Below are positions 28,867 through 45,102 of a stretch of DNA of 64,000 nt, piece by piece. The stretch comes from Eledone cirrhosa (taxonomy: Eukaryota). The position numbers and the translations under genes were made by a program. The stretch lies in the NCBI GenBank assembly GCA_964016885.1, contig OZ024753.1, forward strand, positions 22,568,001 through 22,632,000, written 5' to 3'. Each line of letters starts with the position of its first letter. Within the stretch, counting starts at the first letter, position 1. A model generated the notes under the pieces. It made no database searches and was not told where the DNA came from. It worked only from the letters and a program-made list of their open reading frames with translations.

Positions 28867-31800
28867 GATTTATTTTTGCCGAAAGTTAAACGGTTAATTT
28901 TGAAAATATTTAATTTATGGTATTATAGGGTGAAGGTTCGAGATTTTGGTTTAAAAAAAAAAAAAAAAAAAAAGTTGCTGGTTATTTATATATTAGTTTT
29001 ATAAATTCTATAAGTGTGTTAACATTTCAAAGCTTCTGAATTTCATGTGGGTAACATTTATAGGATTTAGCTGGCCAACAGGAGTGAAAGTTTATACTGT
29101 TGATTATTTTCTTAAATGTAAACTTTAACGGAGATACTGAGCGTATTAGGTATGTAAAGCTTGTGAATTACTTATTGTTAGAAATATTTAAATAACGATT
29201 ATGTATATATATATATATTAATGAGCCAGTATATTTTAGGTAGATGATAACAAAATAATAGATTGATGCATGTTAAGGTGAAATATACATCTATATATAA
29301 CAGGGTGTAAATGCATTAATTATTCATAGTTCAGGGTAAACGTAATCAAGAAATTTAAAAGTTAACTAAAAATTTAGAAGTTAACTAAAAATTATATATA
29401 GTAATATATAGGGAGGTATATATAGATATATATTAGGTATTAAAGGTACAGTATACTTTAGGTAGATGATAACGGTTACAATTTTATATAATAAAGTTCT
29501 ACGTGTTACAGTTAAATACATATATGTATATAAGAGAAAGAATAATAAAAAATGCATGGATAATTCAGAGTTCAAGATAATATCTATAATTTATAGTTTG
29601 GATATTTGCTCTATATTTGAATCAGGGATATATAAATGCAGTAGGTATATTTAAAAAAATATAGAAAATATAATTACGTACATATTATAATTGTTTCTAC
29701 TTTTGGCACAAGGCCAGCAATTATCCAGTGCATTACTGGTACTTTATTTTATCGACCCCGTAAGGATGAAAGGCAAAGTTAACCTCGGCGGGATTTGAAC
29801 TCAAACCATAAAGGGGCGTAACTCTTTGCTGCAAAGCATAGCGTCAGACCCTCTACCGATACTGCCAATCCACCGCCCTTTTATAATATATTATAAATAG
29901 GAGATAAAAAAAAACGCGTTAAAAAACTCACAGTTATAAATAAGATCCGTAAAAATATATGGGTTGGATATTAAACTAAAATTTAAAACTTAGAAAGGAA
30001 GATAGATAGAGAGATAAAGAAATAAAGAAATAAATAAATAAAGAAATAAAGAAATAATGGTATTGATTAAAGTTAGTAAAATAATGTTATGTGTGAAAAT
30101 GTTCAGCATGTTATTGAACAAGTGTCTTTCATTCGAGCGTTATTATTTCTATAGATAGTTATAAGATAATGCAATATTAAAGGCCATTAATGTTTTTCCC
30201 TGTTGATTATATATGTCTACCAACCAAGCTTTTAATGGTTTAATGCTAGACTCTCATTTTTTCTTGTTTTGTGGGAGGCTAAGAATGTGGATGTAGCTTT
30301 ATGGAGGCAACTAGAGAATAATTCACTTTTTTTTGTTAATTAGGGTCTCATAGTTATTAATAATCAACAGGGTCTCCATTGTACAGTGTTTTAACTGCGA
30401 CCGAAGCAGGGGGGGGGGGGGGCAAACCATATGACTGATTTAGTTCTATGTTGTATCCTCGATTTATTTAGCATATGGGTGTTTGAGTTATAATTATTAG
30501 AGTTTCGCTTATATATGTTATTATTTTTCTTAAGTATATTATTTGGATTATTATTATCTACATATTCTATATTATTCGTATATCCTGCTCTTTTTAACGC
30601 GTTGATGTAGTATTCAGCATTTTCATCGAATATATCTTTATTGGCTGATAATTTATTAATTCGCTTTTGCACACTATTAACTATAGCTTTTTTTTACAGA
30701 TTTCGGGTGATTTGAATGGTTACTAACATAATTTAAGTTTTCATTGGGCTTATGAAAAGGGTTAGAAGCCAGTGTTTAAGTTAAAAGTAACGTCTAGGAA
30801 ATTAACTATTTTGATACCATTTTCAACTTCTAATTTAAGGTCGTACATTTTAAAGAATTCTATTATACTTTTCTTTACTCTATTTAGTTCTATATTGTTG
30901 TGTTTGACCACCGTAAATAAAATGTCGTCCCTATATAAACCACCGGTAATCTCAGGCAGTTTTCTATTTATCATGTTTAATATGAAAATTCCCAGAAGAT
31001 CTGTGATTTGTGCGGAATCGGATGCACCCATAGTGATATCAAAGTTTCTATCTCTATCTGATCGTGTCCAGTATTCGTTGTTGAAGTTAATAAGAGTTCT
31101 CCTGGCTGTTAGTATTATATTGATTTCATCTGTGGTTATATCAGTATGCTGATAAGCATATGAAAGGGCCTTATTTAGGAGGGTAGGTGTTATGGAAGAA
31201 TAGTAGCTTGTAATATCCACCTGGATGAATTTATGTTTTTTTTTATCTTCTATATTCGTGTACTATTCTATGACTTCGTTTGTATCTTTCCATAAGATTT
31301 CAATTTAAGAGTGGTAATATTCTATCTATGATGTTTTTACTGATTACTCCAATATCAGATTTCGATGGAGCAATCAGTCTAACTGGCATCTCTTCCTTAA
31401 AGTTTCTTTTATGATCCTTCAGGTTAATCCTCGGCTGTCTAGGTAAGAATGGCTCTGTTCTTCCTTCTATTCCTAAATTGGTAATTAATTTGTAGGCTTC
31501 TTCATTAATTTCAGTAAGATCCTCCGCCGGGGCTTTTTTGTAATTTTTCCTAAGTTCTTTTAAAATCAAGTTGTTATATTCATCTTTGCTTATCCCATAT
31601 AAATTATTCGTTTTGTCCGATTTAACCAATACTTTGTTAACATTTTTAATTTCAGTGATTTTATCTTTTAGAGATCTGAGGTATTGGTGACCTATATAGG
31701 GTTTTTTCCTAAATTTGATTTTTTTTTATTATACCGAGCATTTCTGTTTCAAAAACCTCCAGAAGTTTGTTTTATGGAGGATTCTTTCTTGATTTAAATA

Positions 31801-32505
31801 AAGATTCGAAATGATTGCTGTTGATTTTTCTTTCAGCATCTTTATTTTCGAAATGAAAAGCTCTCCATCTCAATCTTCTAGTAAAAGAGTTTGTCTGTTC
31901 TATAGTTTTCCTCATGTATTCTTCATTTGAAGGTATATGTATATCTTTGAAGGAAGTCGGGAAGTTTAAGAAATCCATATTTATTGAATATGCAATCTAT
32001 TGTATAGAAAAGCGCTCAATCAATTGGGAGAATTAATTTTAAATAGTTAAACAAGATTCAATGAGTATGTCAAAGAATGAGTTTTACAGTAGATTGGAAG
32101 CACTCTACGGAAAATAATTTTCCAGAGTTAATAATATTAAAAAACAAATATAATGTCCTCATCAGACGAAATATAATGATACATGACATACCCTGAGATG
32201 TTAAATGATTAAGATTCAATCAAGGTAGTGATTAACCCAAGAAAAATTTAACATTTATACCCTAATATTGAGAAAATGCGAAAATGTAATAAATTCAACA
32301 GAGAAAGTGCGAATAAGAAAAACGTTGCTTAATGTAACAGTTATATAGATATTAAGACACTTATAGAATTTATAAAACTAATATATAAATAACCAGGAAT
32401 TTTTTATTATTTTTTTTAAACCAAAATCTCGAACCTTCACCCTATAATACCATAAATTAAATATTTTCAAAATTAACCGTTTAACTTTCGGCAAAAATAA
32501 ATCTC
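28865..32505 (-). mobile_element. Decayed PLE RT with ~165-bp inverted repeats
   Basis: Frames 30391-31978 contain LRWRAFHF, KSDKTNN, LKDHK, DITSYYSSI, GGLYRDD and NFLDVTFNL. Inverted repeats at 28865-29033 and 32347-32505. Confidence 0.9.
29688..29878 (-). mobile_element. tRNA-derived SINE
   Basis: Reverse complement of the family consensus. Confidence 0.9.
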
Positions 32506-32919
32506 CTTCAGCCTATTACGCCCCTTTATTCAAAAATTATAGTATCATACCTCTTAATATCTATATAATTTGTGACTAATCCCGGTCTTCTTTTTAAAAT
32601 AAACGCGATAATATTGCTATTTTGCTGAACTCCTTACATTTTGCTGAGTTTTTCGTCTTGTAAATAGACATTCGTCTCATTCTGACGTCACCAGCCATGT
32701 CTCTCCATGTGTGTTTATTTTTATAATTCCGCACGAGGTGAACTGGCCTGCTTTTAGATCCCCTTTTTGGCATATTCTGGCAGTGGTTTAGGTTTAAAAA
32801 ATCTTTCAGGTAGATAGACACCTGTAGGTATCCGCAGAATTACAGAAATGTTATTTATAGCGAGAGTAGCCGACAGCGGCGTCTCTATCTGCAACAGCAC
32901 AACAACCAGTATAATTACC

Positions 32920-33455
32920 ACACACACATACACACACTCACACACACACATACACACACACTCACCCACACTCTCACACACACGCACATACACCGACAGG
33001 TATCTATGTAATCTAAAGAGGCTGCAAAAATAAGTGATTCGGCTGCCGCGAGCCACTTCCTGCCTACGTGGGTTATCAGCAATGGAACGATTATACAAGC
33101 AAGTCAGAAATACACACACACACACCCACACACCCTCACATACACAGATACACACAGACACACAGATACACACAGACGCACATACACAGACACAGACACA
33201 TACACACGCATACACACACAGACACACATACACACACACACATATACACACACATACACACACAGACACACATACACACACATACACACACATACACACA
33301 GACACGCACCCACACATATACACACATACACACACAGGGACAGACACACGCACACACGCACTCAGACAGACACACACACACATACACACAGACACATACA
33401 CACAGAGACACACATACAGACACACGCACACACACACAGAAACACACAGACACAC
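32920..33455. repeat. Degenerate compound (CA)n microsatellite
   Basis: Seen directly. Confidence 0.9.
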
Positions 33456-33632
33456 AATTTGTGTTACAGTTACGACAAAGCCGTGGAGTTCTGTTACATA
33501 TAAAATATAAATATGTAATTATATATACACACATATGAGTATATATACATTTACATCTTTAGATATATATATATGTTTATCAGATAAATATTAATGATCT
33601 GATGATAAGGGTGGTGCGTGACGTTTGCACCA

Positions 33633-33739
<107 letters not shown>

Positions 33740-34033
33740 GAGGCACACCCACACACACACACATACCATACATACAAACATGTCTAGATAATATACATAT
33801 ACACGCATACATATATATATAAAGAAAATTTCGCTCTACATGGCTGTATACAATAAATGTAATCTGAGTTTTTCGAATATTAATAACATTCGATTCGTTT
33901 GCAGTTCTGTTCACATGCCAACATAAGAGCAAGAATGAAGTATTTATTCTACAGAGATGGCTATAAAATTGAGGCTTGTTTGCATAAATGCAAATGAATT
34001 GAATGTTATTATTTATATTCGAAAAACTCAGGT

Positions 34034-34083
<50 letters not shown>

Positions 34084-34118
34084 CATACAAACATACAAAC
34101 ATACAAACATACAAACCT

Positions 34119-34210
<92 letters not shown>

Positions 34211-34215
<5 letters not shown>

Positions 34216-37200
34216 AACGTTTGAATATGTATAATAAAGCCAGAACAATGCAGGTATGGACATAGAAAAAAGAATGCAATTGCAAAAGATATTGTTGACA
34301 ATTCGTCTTTTACCTTAGATTTATTTTAAACGTCCTTAATTTTCAAGATAATATCTCTTCTTCAGAGGGAAATAAAGGTCTCAAACCAGCGTTCTAAATA
34401 TCTTGCCAAGCCATGCTGACAGGAAATAGTATAGAGTATCTGTTCTATCTCTAATGTCAAAGAGTTAAAATTAGGTGGATAAAGAGTAGTCTCCCTTTAA
34501 AAGGGGTTTGTTTAGGGGTTTTTTTTATATAGATGCCTGTTTAAGTGTGTGGGAGAATGCATGAAGGTGTAAGTATGTGAGTGTGTGTGTGTGAGTGTGA
34601 GAAGATAAGTCTATTCGTAAATGTGGGGGATAGGTGTTATCTGGTGTTAGAACTGGTTTTGTGTGTGTATGTGTGAGAGAGAATAAGTGGAGGTGTAAGC
34701 GTGTGTGTGTGCGCGTGCGTGTGTGTGTATGGGGTGTGTAAATATGGGGCTAGAAGCCCTATCAGGTTATAAATTGGGTGTTGAGTTCTAGTCTATTATT
34801 GATAGGTGGTTGTGTTTTATCTATAATTAGTGCTTCCTTAATTCTAAGATTGCCGAGGTTTCTTTCCTTAGTTTCTATCCTAACTGTTATGGTTTTGTCG
34901 GTGTTTTTGCATTTAACTAGGTGTTTCTTAAATGAGGAAGCGTTAGTATTGAGGTGTTCTTTTATTCTTATGTGGAGTGGTCTGGTGGTGCTACCTACGT
35001 AGAAGTTGTTGCATTTGTCACACTCTAGTCTGTATACGACGTAAGCCTGGTGGCATAGGTTTGTGTCGTTGATGGGGCAGTTGGCTAGTCTGCAGCAGTT
35101 GTCATGTCTGGTGGAGTGTCTTTTGGCTAGCTGTCCGCGCAGAGAAGGACCTGAGTGGGCCAGTTGGATATCTAGTCCTTCTCATCTGATGGCTCTGCGG
35201 ATGGCTGTTGTTGTTTCTTCACTGAAGTGTGGGAGCTTCAGGAAGCAAGTGTTAGTGCCTCGGGTGTGGTGTCCTCTGTTCTTTCTGGCACAGTTTGTGG
35301 TGGATGTCGTGTATCCGTTCAGTTTGAGTACTTCCAGGAAATGTGTGGTGTGTGTGTCTCGGTCTCTAGCGTCGGTGCATTTGTTCCGGATACGTGCCAG
35401 ATCGTTCCTTATGTATCCGAACTTGGCACTGAGTGGGAGGGCCGATCTGAAATGTACGAACAGGTCCCTGCTGGCGGCTTTTTTATAGAAGCAGGTGTGG
35501 ATGTTGCCTTCCTCTGTTACCCTGAGTTGGAAGTCCAGTAGGGATAGGGATCCGCGGTCATCGGGGTGTTCCATGCTGAACTTTATACTGGCGTCCATGC
35601 TGGAGAATGTTGTGTATATTTTATCTGCCTCCTCACGGGATGATGTGAGGATGAGTATGTCATCTACATATCGGGTGAAGAAGGCATGTGAATGGCAGGT
35701 GTTGAGGGCTCGGCATTCTAGCTGGTTCATGTAGGTGATGGCCAGCAGGCCCGATAGGCTGGATCCCATGGGTAATCCTGTTGTCTGTCTGTATGTGTGG
35801 TGGTGGAAGGTGAAGTACGTGCTGTCTACTGTGAAGTACAAAAGCTGGTGTATGTCCGTCGGGTGGAGGCCGTAGCAGTGGATGTCCTCTGTGACCACGC
35901 AGTCCGTCAATAAATCGACAGCTGGATGAGCGGGGACTGTAGTGTAGAGTGAGACAACGTCGAGGCTAAAAGCGTATTTATTTAGTTTAAGTTGTTCTGG
36001 CTGGAGTTGGTGTAGTCTACGTATAACTTCGTCGGAGCTACTGACATGCCCGGGAAAGGTGGCTTGAGCATCTGGGAGAGGAGCCAGGAAATGTTGTATA
36101 GGGGTCCTTCTATGCTAGAGACGATGGGTCTTATTTGCGTCTTAGTGTTATTCTTGTGGGTCTTGATGAGGTGGTAGAAAGTGGGCAGTCTGCTATTTCT
36201 AGTGGTGTAGTTGAACTTAACTTTATTTGGGAGTTGTCTTCTCCTACAAATATCGAACCAAATGGAGTTGGTCTGTTTTTCGATCTGGGCTGCAGTCATG
36301 TCCGGGATCTCTGTGTATAATTCATTGTCGCTTAGGTGTTCAAAGGCTAGGTTATTGTATGTGGCTTGAGAGATGACGCAAAACTCTTTACCTTTGTCGG
36401 ATGGTAAGTATATAAGTTCCCTATTCCGTAGGTTCTTCAGGGCGAGTTGTTGTGTCCTGGAGAGGTTTGGGGCTATCTTCTTCTGTTTCCGTAAGATGTT
36501 AAATACGGAATGTTTTAGTCTCGAGAGTTTTTCTTCAAGCTCGCGGTTGGCAGGCGGTGGACAGAGTGGGCGATCAAGTTGGTATATCGGGAATCTGGGT
36601 TTGATAGATTCCGTGGTGTTGTTGCCGAGAGTCGATATCCATTTTAGTTGTTAGGCAGCCCGACAGAAATTCGTTTCTATGTCGAGACATAATTTGTCGT
36701 CCAGTCTCTGTTTCAATATGAACTTGGGACCCAGGCTGAGGAGGTCTAATTCCTCTCAGGAGAGGGATCCTGTCAAGTCTGTGACGAGGTGTTTTGCGTC
36801 AGGTGTATTGTTGGTCGGGGCACCGCTAGGTTCGGTGTTGGTACCGTCTTGTTCGTCTCTGTTGGTGCTTAGAGTTGGGATGTTGTTAAGACAGTTGGCC
36901 GTCCTGAGTTTGAGAAATTTTTGCGTTAGACGTATTTTCTCGTAGTCTCGGCGATGGTGGTATGACCTGTCTATAGTGGCGGAGATGACTCTGGACAGAG
37001 GTTCTGGGGTTTCAGCGAGTTGTGGTACAAGGCTGGAAATAGTCCGTATGTGATGTTGTAGCGTGCGGTGTAGGTGTTCTTAGGCAGAATTTTTGTATGT
37101 AACGAAGTGATCGTTTGAGGCCTGGTGATTTGAAGCATGTTGGTAGGTGCAAATTTTGATAGTTTTGGGGATGATGTTGTTATTCAGGCATCGTTTTAGG

Positions 37201-38155
37201 AAGTTTATTTGGCAGCCGGCTTTGGCACTCCACCAGACATGACAACTGCTGCAGACTAGCCAACTGCCCCATCAACGACACAGACCTATGCCACCAGGCT
37301 TACGTCGTATACAGACTAGAGTGTGACAAATGCAACAACTTCTACGTAGGTAGCACCACCAGACCACTCCACATAAGAATAAAAGAACACCTCAATACTA
37401 ACGCTTCCTCATTTAAGAAACACCTAGTTAAATGCAAAAACACCGACAAAACCATAACAGTTAGGATAGAAACTAAGGAAAGAAACCTCGGCAATCTTAG
37501 AATTAAGGAAGCACTAATTATAGATAAAACACAACCACCTATCAATAATATACTAGAACTCAACACCCAATTTATAACCTGATAGGGCTTCTAGCCCCAT
37601 ATTTACACACCCCATACACACACACGCACGCACACACACACACGCTTACACCTCCACTTATTCTCTCTCACACATACACACACAAAACCAGTTCTAACAC
37701 CAGATAACACCTATCCCCTACATTTACGAATAGACTTATCTTCTCACACTCACACACACACACTCACATACTTACACCTTCATGCATTCTCCCACACACT
37801 TAAACAGGCATGTATATAAAAAAAAACCTAAACAAACCCCTTTTAAAGGGAGACTACTCTTTATCCACCTAATTTTAACTCTTTGACAGATACTCTATAC
37901 TATTTCCTGTCAGCATGGCTTGGCAAGCTATTTAGAACGCTGGTTTGAGACCTTTATTTCCCTCTGAAGAAGAGATATTATCTCGAAAATTAAGGACGTT
38001 TAAAATAAATCTAAGGTAAAAGACGAATTGTCAACAATATCTTTTGCAATTGCATTCTTTTTTCTATGTCCATACCTGCATTGTTTTGGGTTTATTATAC
38101 ATATTCAAACGTTTATACCTCATTACACAATGCTTCAAGTGAACTATAACCTCCT

Positions 38156-38158
<3 letters not shown>
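34211..38158 (-). mobile_element. Near-complete PLE (RT + GIY-YIG, decayed) with ~900-bp inverted duplication
   Basis: RT motifs SDKGK, PTFY.LIKTHK, RPIVS, SLDVVSLYT, GLPMGS.LS, RYVDD and LLDF. GIY-YIG motifs VVYRLEC and YVGSTTRPLHIRIKEH. Inverted repeats at 34211-35118 and 37226-38118. Confidence 0.92.
37961..37995 (+). ncRNA. Minimal type I hammerhead ribozyme (mirror copy 34334-34368, -)
   Basis: cct-CTGAAGA-a-gagat-att-atctc-GAAA-at-TA-agg. Confidence 0.8.
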
Positions 38159-38244
<86 letters not shown>

Positions 38245-38305
38245 TGCACACACACACACATACAAACATACCTACACACATATATACATACATACATCTA
38301 TACAT

Positions 38306-41300
38306 CAGTCAACGCGATCAGTCGCATATTTTGGCGTGGGAGACTATTTATTAAATTTAAGATGAATACTATCTCCGACAGTAATGCCACAACTACAGTC
38401 ATGTTTAATAACTGGTTATTCTTCTAACTATCCCTTCTGAAGGCACCTTTTATTCGAATTCGTAGAGATATCCGACTAAATACATAATTCATTTTACAAG
38501 CATTTGCTAAAAACAGTATGGCTGAACACGACATCAACAACAAAATTAAGGAGGTACCGAAGACAAATAACAAGGAAGGTAAACAAACTTTATTCAGTTG
38601 TAGCTACAGAAGAAACCGAAATTATAAATCGCATTTCTCTTGGAGTTGCGAACTGAATAATGATTTATTTAATTGTTATAAAATGGCAAAAAACAATCCC
38701 TCCATTGGCTATATGAACAGAATGAAGCTACACTGGGACGAAATGCACCCAGAGCTAAATTATTTCACAGCGAAACAATTACGCCAACAAGCGATGTTTG
38801 TTGAACGTAAAAATAAGATAAATATTATTAATTGTAAGTACCCCCAACAAACATGTTATCAACAACACATGCTACAGGTCACCATGCTACTAGACTTCCT
38901 AGCAGCCAGGTCGAACAGTGCCTTGACACAACTATGCCTGTAAGAAACTTGACACCACCTGTACCATCTAAATCTACCTCGAATTCTGGGGAAAACACTA
39001 TCGATAATAATAATAATCGAAGAAATAATAATAATAGTCGAAGAAATTTGACACCACGTGTACCATCCGAGTCTACCTCGGATGTTATGGAAAATACTAT
39101 CGATTATGATAATAATCAAAAGTATAAACAATTGAAATTTTCCCTCAACGAAATCTTCCAGAGAGAAATTAATTCATGTATAAATATCTCTCTTGCTGAA
39201 CGTGTTAAAACGACAATGTTTAATAAAAAAACAAATAATGAAATATTACGTGTTATTGACGAAATAGGGGATGAATATTTACAACGGATAAAAACCCCAT
39301 TTTGGCAAATCAACGCATGTTTATATTCCTTAGCCACGACAGTGAAGCATTATCTTGGTGATAGCAGAGATATTAACAAGAACAAAATACCACCAAAAAA
39401 ACCATCAGATATAACTAAAGTAGAAAAAAAGGATTGCTGACCTACGAAAAAAACATAGGATATGTGACAATGCTCCTTACATGCAAACAAACACAAAAAA
39501 ACCTCACTCTTCGCCAACAAAGTGTGAAAAATAAAATAGAGACGATGTTTGGTAACAGTAGAACCAGAACTCTCCAACATAAGCTGATCACCCTCAAACA
39601 AAAATTGAGAGCTCTTAGCGAAAAATGCCGATACCTGAAGAAGATAGATGAGAGAAAAGTGCTTAATAAAAGATTCAGACAAAACCAAACATCAGTCTAT
39701 AGAGATATGAAGGGCAAAATAATAAGTGTCACTGAGGCCCCATCCCAGAAAGACATAGATTCCTTTTGGAGAAAAATATGGGGTGAAAAGAAGAATTTCA
39801 ACCAAGATGCAGTGTGGTTAAGAGAAATCCGAAAGAACTATTGCTCCTACACTACAACAAAAACATACGAAATAAGTGAGGGTACCCTTGAGACTGTGAT
39901 AGGAAAACTCCAAGATAAGAAAACACCAGGAAGAGACATGATTGTCGGCTACTGGTACAAAAAAACTGATATTCTATCGGAGGTATCTTACTGACCTCTA
40001 CCTACAAGTTCTTAAGGGAGATACACTTATACCAGAATGGTTGACATTAGCACAAACATTACTGGTCCCCAAGTACAAAGACACCTGCTTGGCAAAGAAC
40101 TACCGACCCATTGCATGCCAGAACCTGATGTATAAGATGTATACAGCCTACCTGAACCTATTCCTCCAAGATTACTGTGAAAATAATAACATCATCACAG
40201 ATGAACAAGCAGCTGGAAAGAAAGGGGTTTGGGGATGTGCTGAACAATTCCTAATCAACAAAACTGCGATGTCGGAGGTGCGACAACTTAGGAGGAATAT
40301 GGCCACAGTCTGGATGGACTACAGGAAGGCTTTCGATTCTGTTCCCCACTCTTGGATGATAGAGGCCCTCCAACTTGCTAAAGTCCCAGACATTATTGTC
40401 AGAGCCATAGAGAGGCTGTCTTCTTCTTGGGCTACTATCCTAAGGTTAAAGACAGAGAGGGGGGACTCTATTTTCACTGATAAAATAAAATATTGCAGGG
40501 GTATATTTCAGGGGGACAGTCTCTCTGTGATATTATTCATCTTGTCATTAAACCCCTTGACTTTTCTGCTCAAGAAATGTGAGGAATACATCATTGGCTC
40601 ACATGAGGACAGAAATACGAACCTAACCCATAACTTCTTTGTGGACGATCTGAAACTCTATGCCAAGAACATGGATGGGATGAAGAAAAATCCTGACCTG
40701 GTTACAACGTTCTCAAAGGATATAGGAATGGAGTTTGGCCAAGATAAATGCTCATACATGACTGTAAAGCGGGGAAAAACAACAACCCAATCTAGCTACA
40801 TTGTCATCAATGGTCTAACTGTTTCACCGATATCTGATGAGGACTGCTACAGATACCTGGGGATAGATGAGAACATATCCTATAATGGTATCTATAATAA
40901 AGAACGCGTAACAAGGGAATACTACGGAACTCTCTGTGCAAAACAAAACAGTGTCTCCCAATGTGTTTGCTGTGCCTGTCCTAACACCAACGTTTGGAAT
41001 ACTCAATTGGACGATAGACGAAACCCGAGCAGGTGATGTTGGAACTCGAAACATACTAAACAACACCGGAAACTTCCACATCTACAGTGACATAGACCGC
41101 CTCTACCTGAAACATAGCAGGAAGGCAGAGGCCTAACATCAGACCAGACAACATTTGAATGTCGCATCATTTCTCTCCGACAACATCTACGAACCTCAAA
41201 GCGTAAGAGCCCGTTTCTCGAGCAAGTCTATCTGCATGAAACAGATAAGATCATGAGAATTGGGAAGGAACTCCTCGAGAGATATTCCCTGTGTGATAAT

Positions 41301-41875
41301 CAAAAACTCACACCCAGGGAAGTCGCTCAGCAGTATCGCCATGAATCCATGGATGAAAAACTGCATACTTATCAGCAAAAAATCATGCATGGATATGTTG
41401 CCTGGAAGCTCCAGAGTGAGAGTAATATAGATAACGAAAGTAGTCTATCTTGGACCAAGAACTGCTATATTGGCTCCCACTTTGAAGGATACGCTTTTGC
41501 AATCCAAGAACAGAAGATTAACACGAAATACTTGATTCACAAAAGAGATAGGAATGCAGGCAAAACACCTAGATGTGATAAAAAGTGCAGATTCTGCAAA
41601 AATAACATCGATGATATCACCCATGTCATCAGCAGCTGTCCAAAGGTGTAATCGCGGTAATATCTACCTATGAGGCATGATGTAGTGGCCAAAACACTGT
41701 ACAATGCAGTTCGTAAAAAAGATAGACCCTATAATAAACATATTAAAAGCTACAGCAATGAGGAAGACATCCATGTACATAATATGAAAGAGTACTGGTG
41801 GAATGTTCCAGTAAAATCCCCAATAAGATGCAGGCATAACAGACCAGATATTATGATATGGGACAGGGAGAAGAG

Positions 41876-41879
<4 letters not shown>
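38306..41879 (+). mobile_element. R4/Dong-type non-LTR retrotransposon (RT + CCHC + restriction-like endonuclease), frameshifted, 3'-truncated
   Basis: NYRPIAC, WMDYRKAFDSVPH, GIFQGDSLS, FFVDDLKLY, YRYLGI, CRFC-x8-H-x4-C, RHD.VA and RPDIMIWD. Confidence 0.9.
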
Positions 41880-41912
<33 letters not shown>

Positions 41913-41913
41913 A

Positions 41914-42023
<110 letters not shown>

Positions 42024-42371
42024 ATCAACGAACAGCGGAGGACACGTTTCGCACCTTTCCGACAGACAACCCCCCCCCCGGTGACCCCACCCCCAGTTGA
42101 TGGATGTGAAATATATAGGGACAATTAAATCTCTCCCAAGGTAACTCTCTCTCGTGTTGTTATTTTTATTTTTATTCTTTACGCTCTTTCTTTCATTCCT
42201 CTACACGTCTTATACACGCCACGCATCTCGACGTACACCCACTTACATCTCTCTCTCCACCTCCGGATCTTGTTACCCGCCGATTTACCATTTGCATTGT
42301 CGAGACTTCCAAACGACTTAAGGAAATTTACCTTATTATTCCACAATGCTTCAAGCAAACTTCAATACTCT

Positions 42372-42414
<43 letters not shown>

Positions 42415-42443
42415 ATACTTTGGGAGGGTCAAATTCAGAAACG

Positions 42444-43911
<1,468 letters not shown>

Positions 43912-44037
43912 TATATATATATATAAGGCACCAATCACATTATTTCTGACTTGACCACTGCCACGTCACAGTTCTTAGCCTTTTTGATTTCGTTTCTGGC
44001 GGGGATCATTTAAGAAAAATCTTCGTCCTAGTGAGTT

Positions 44038-44121
44038 TGTTTCCTGATGAGTTCGAAGCTCGAGAATTTATCCTTGATAGGATATTTCCGAAAGCGAACG
44101 AAACCCTAAAATGTAGAAACA
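44038..44121 (+). ncRNA. Type I hammerhead ribozyme, copy 1
   Basis: tgtttc-CTGATGA-gttcg...cgaac-GAAA-ccctaaaatg-TA-gaaaca; stem III mutated. Confidence 0.75.
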
Positions 44122-44727
44122 TAATCCTGGTATGTGTATATGCATTTTTTCTTCTAACTTTAATTTCATACCTAATTATGTATGGTTGACGATATATTTA
44201 ATCGATTTCCACGTGCTATTGAAATTCTGGGTAAATATTCTATAGCTGTTGATCGCGAATAGATGGCTGTCGTTTATTTATCTATTATTTCTTCATAGGT
44301 GCCATTTAATCTTATAGCCTGGTTTAATTGTTTTTTTTTGTGTGGTTGATTATACTAATTGGGAGAGGAAATGGAGTATATATCTTATCAAATGATTCTA
44401 TGGACATAATTTATAGTATATTGCTCTGATTATTTAATTTATCAAGTCATCATTGAGCCACATCCTGAATGGTTGCCAAATATATATATATATATCTATG
44501 ACTTTGTCTAGTTTGTGTATATGTAAATCTTTATATTTGATAATCTCCCATAAGGTTGAGATGCAATTTAGGCAATATTAGGCTGCGCTTTCTAGCAACC
44601 AGCCAACTCTCCGTAAGGCACCAATCACATTATTTCTGACATGATCACTGCCACGTCACAGTTCTTAGCCATTTTGAATTCGTTTCTGACGTGGATCATT
44701 TAAGAAAAATATTCGTCCTAGTGAGTT

Positions 44728-44811
44728 TGTTTCCTGATGAGTTCGAAGCTCGAGAATTTAACCTTGATAGGATATTTCCGAAAGCCAACGAAACCCTAAA
44801 GGGTAGAAATG
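44728..44811 (+). ncRNA. Type I hammerhead ribozyme, copy 2
   Basis: tgtttc-CTGATGA-gttcg...ccaac-GAAA-ccc-taaa-ggg-TA-gaaatg. Confidence 0.8.
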
Positions 44812-45102
44812 TAATCCTGGTATGTATATATGCATTTTTTCTTCTAACTTTAATTTTATACCTAATTGTGTATGGTTGACGATATATTTAATCGATTTCC
44901 AGATGCTGTTGAAATTCTGGTAAATATTCTATAGCTGTTGATCGCGAATAGATGGCTGTCGTTTATTCATCTATTATTTCTTCATAGATGCCTTTCAATC
45001 TTATTGCCTGGATTAATTGGTTTTTTGTGTGGTTGATTATGCTAATTTGGAGAGGAAATGGAGTATATATCTTATCAAATGATTCTATGGACATAATTTA
45101 TA

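Noticed and set aside
32150-32515. Hammerheads upstream of the minus-strand PLE RT (ctgatgaggac; ctgaagg...gccgaaa)
   Set aside because: Core halves are present but a full set of stems could not be assembled, so they were not counted.
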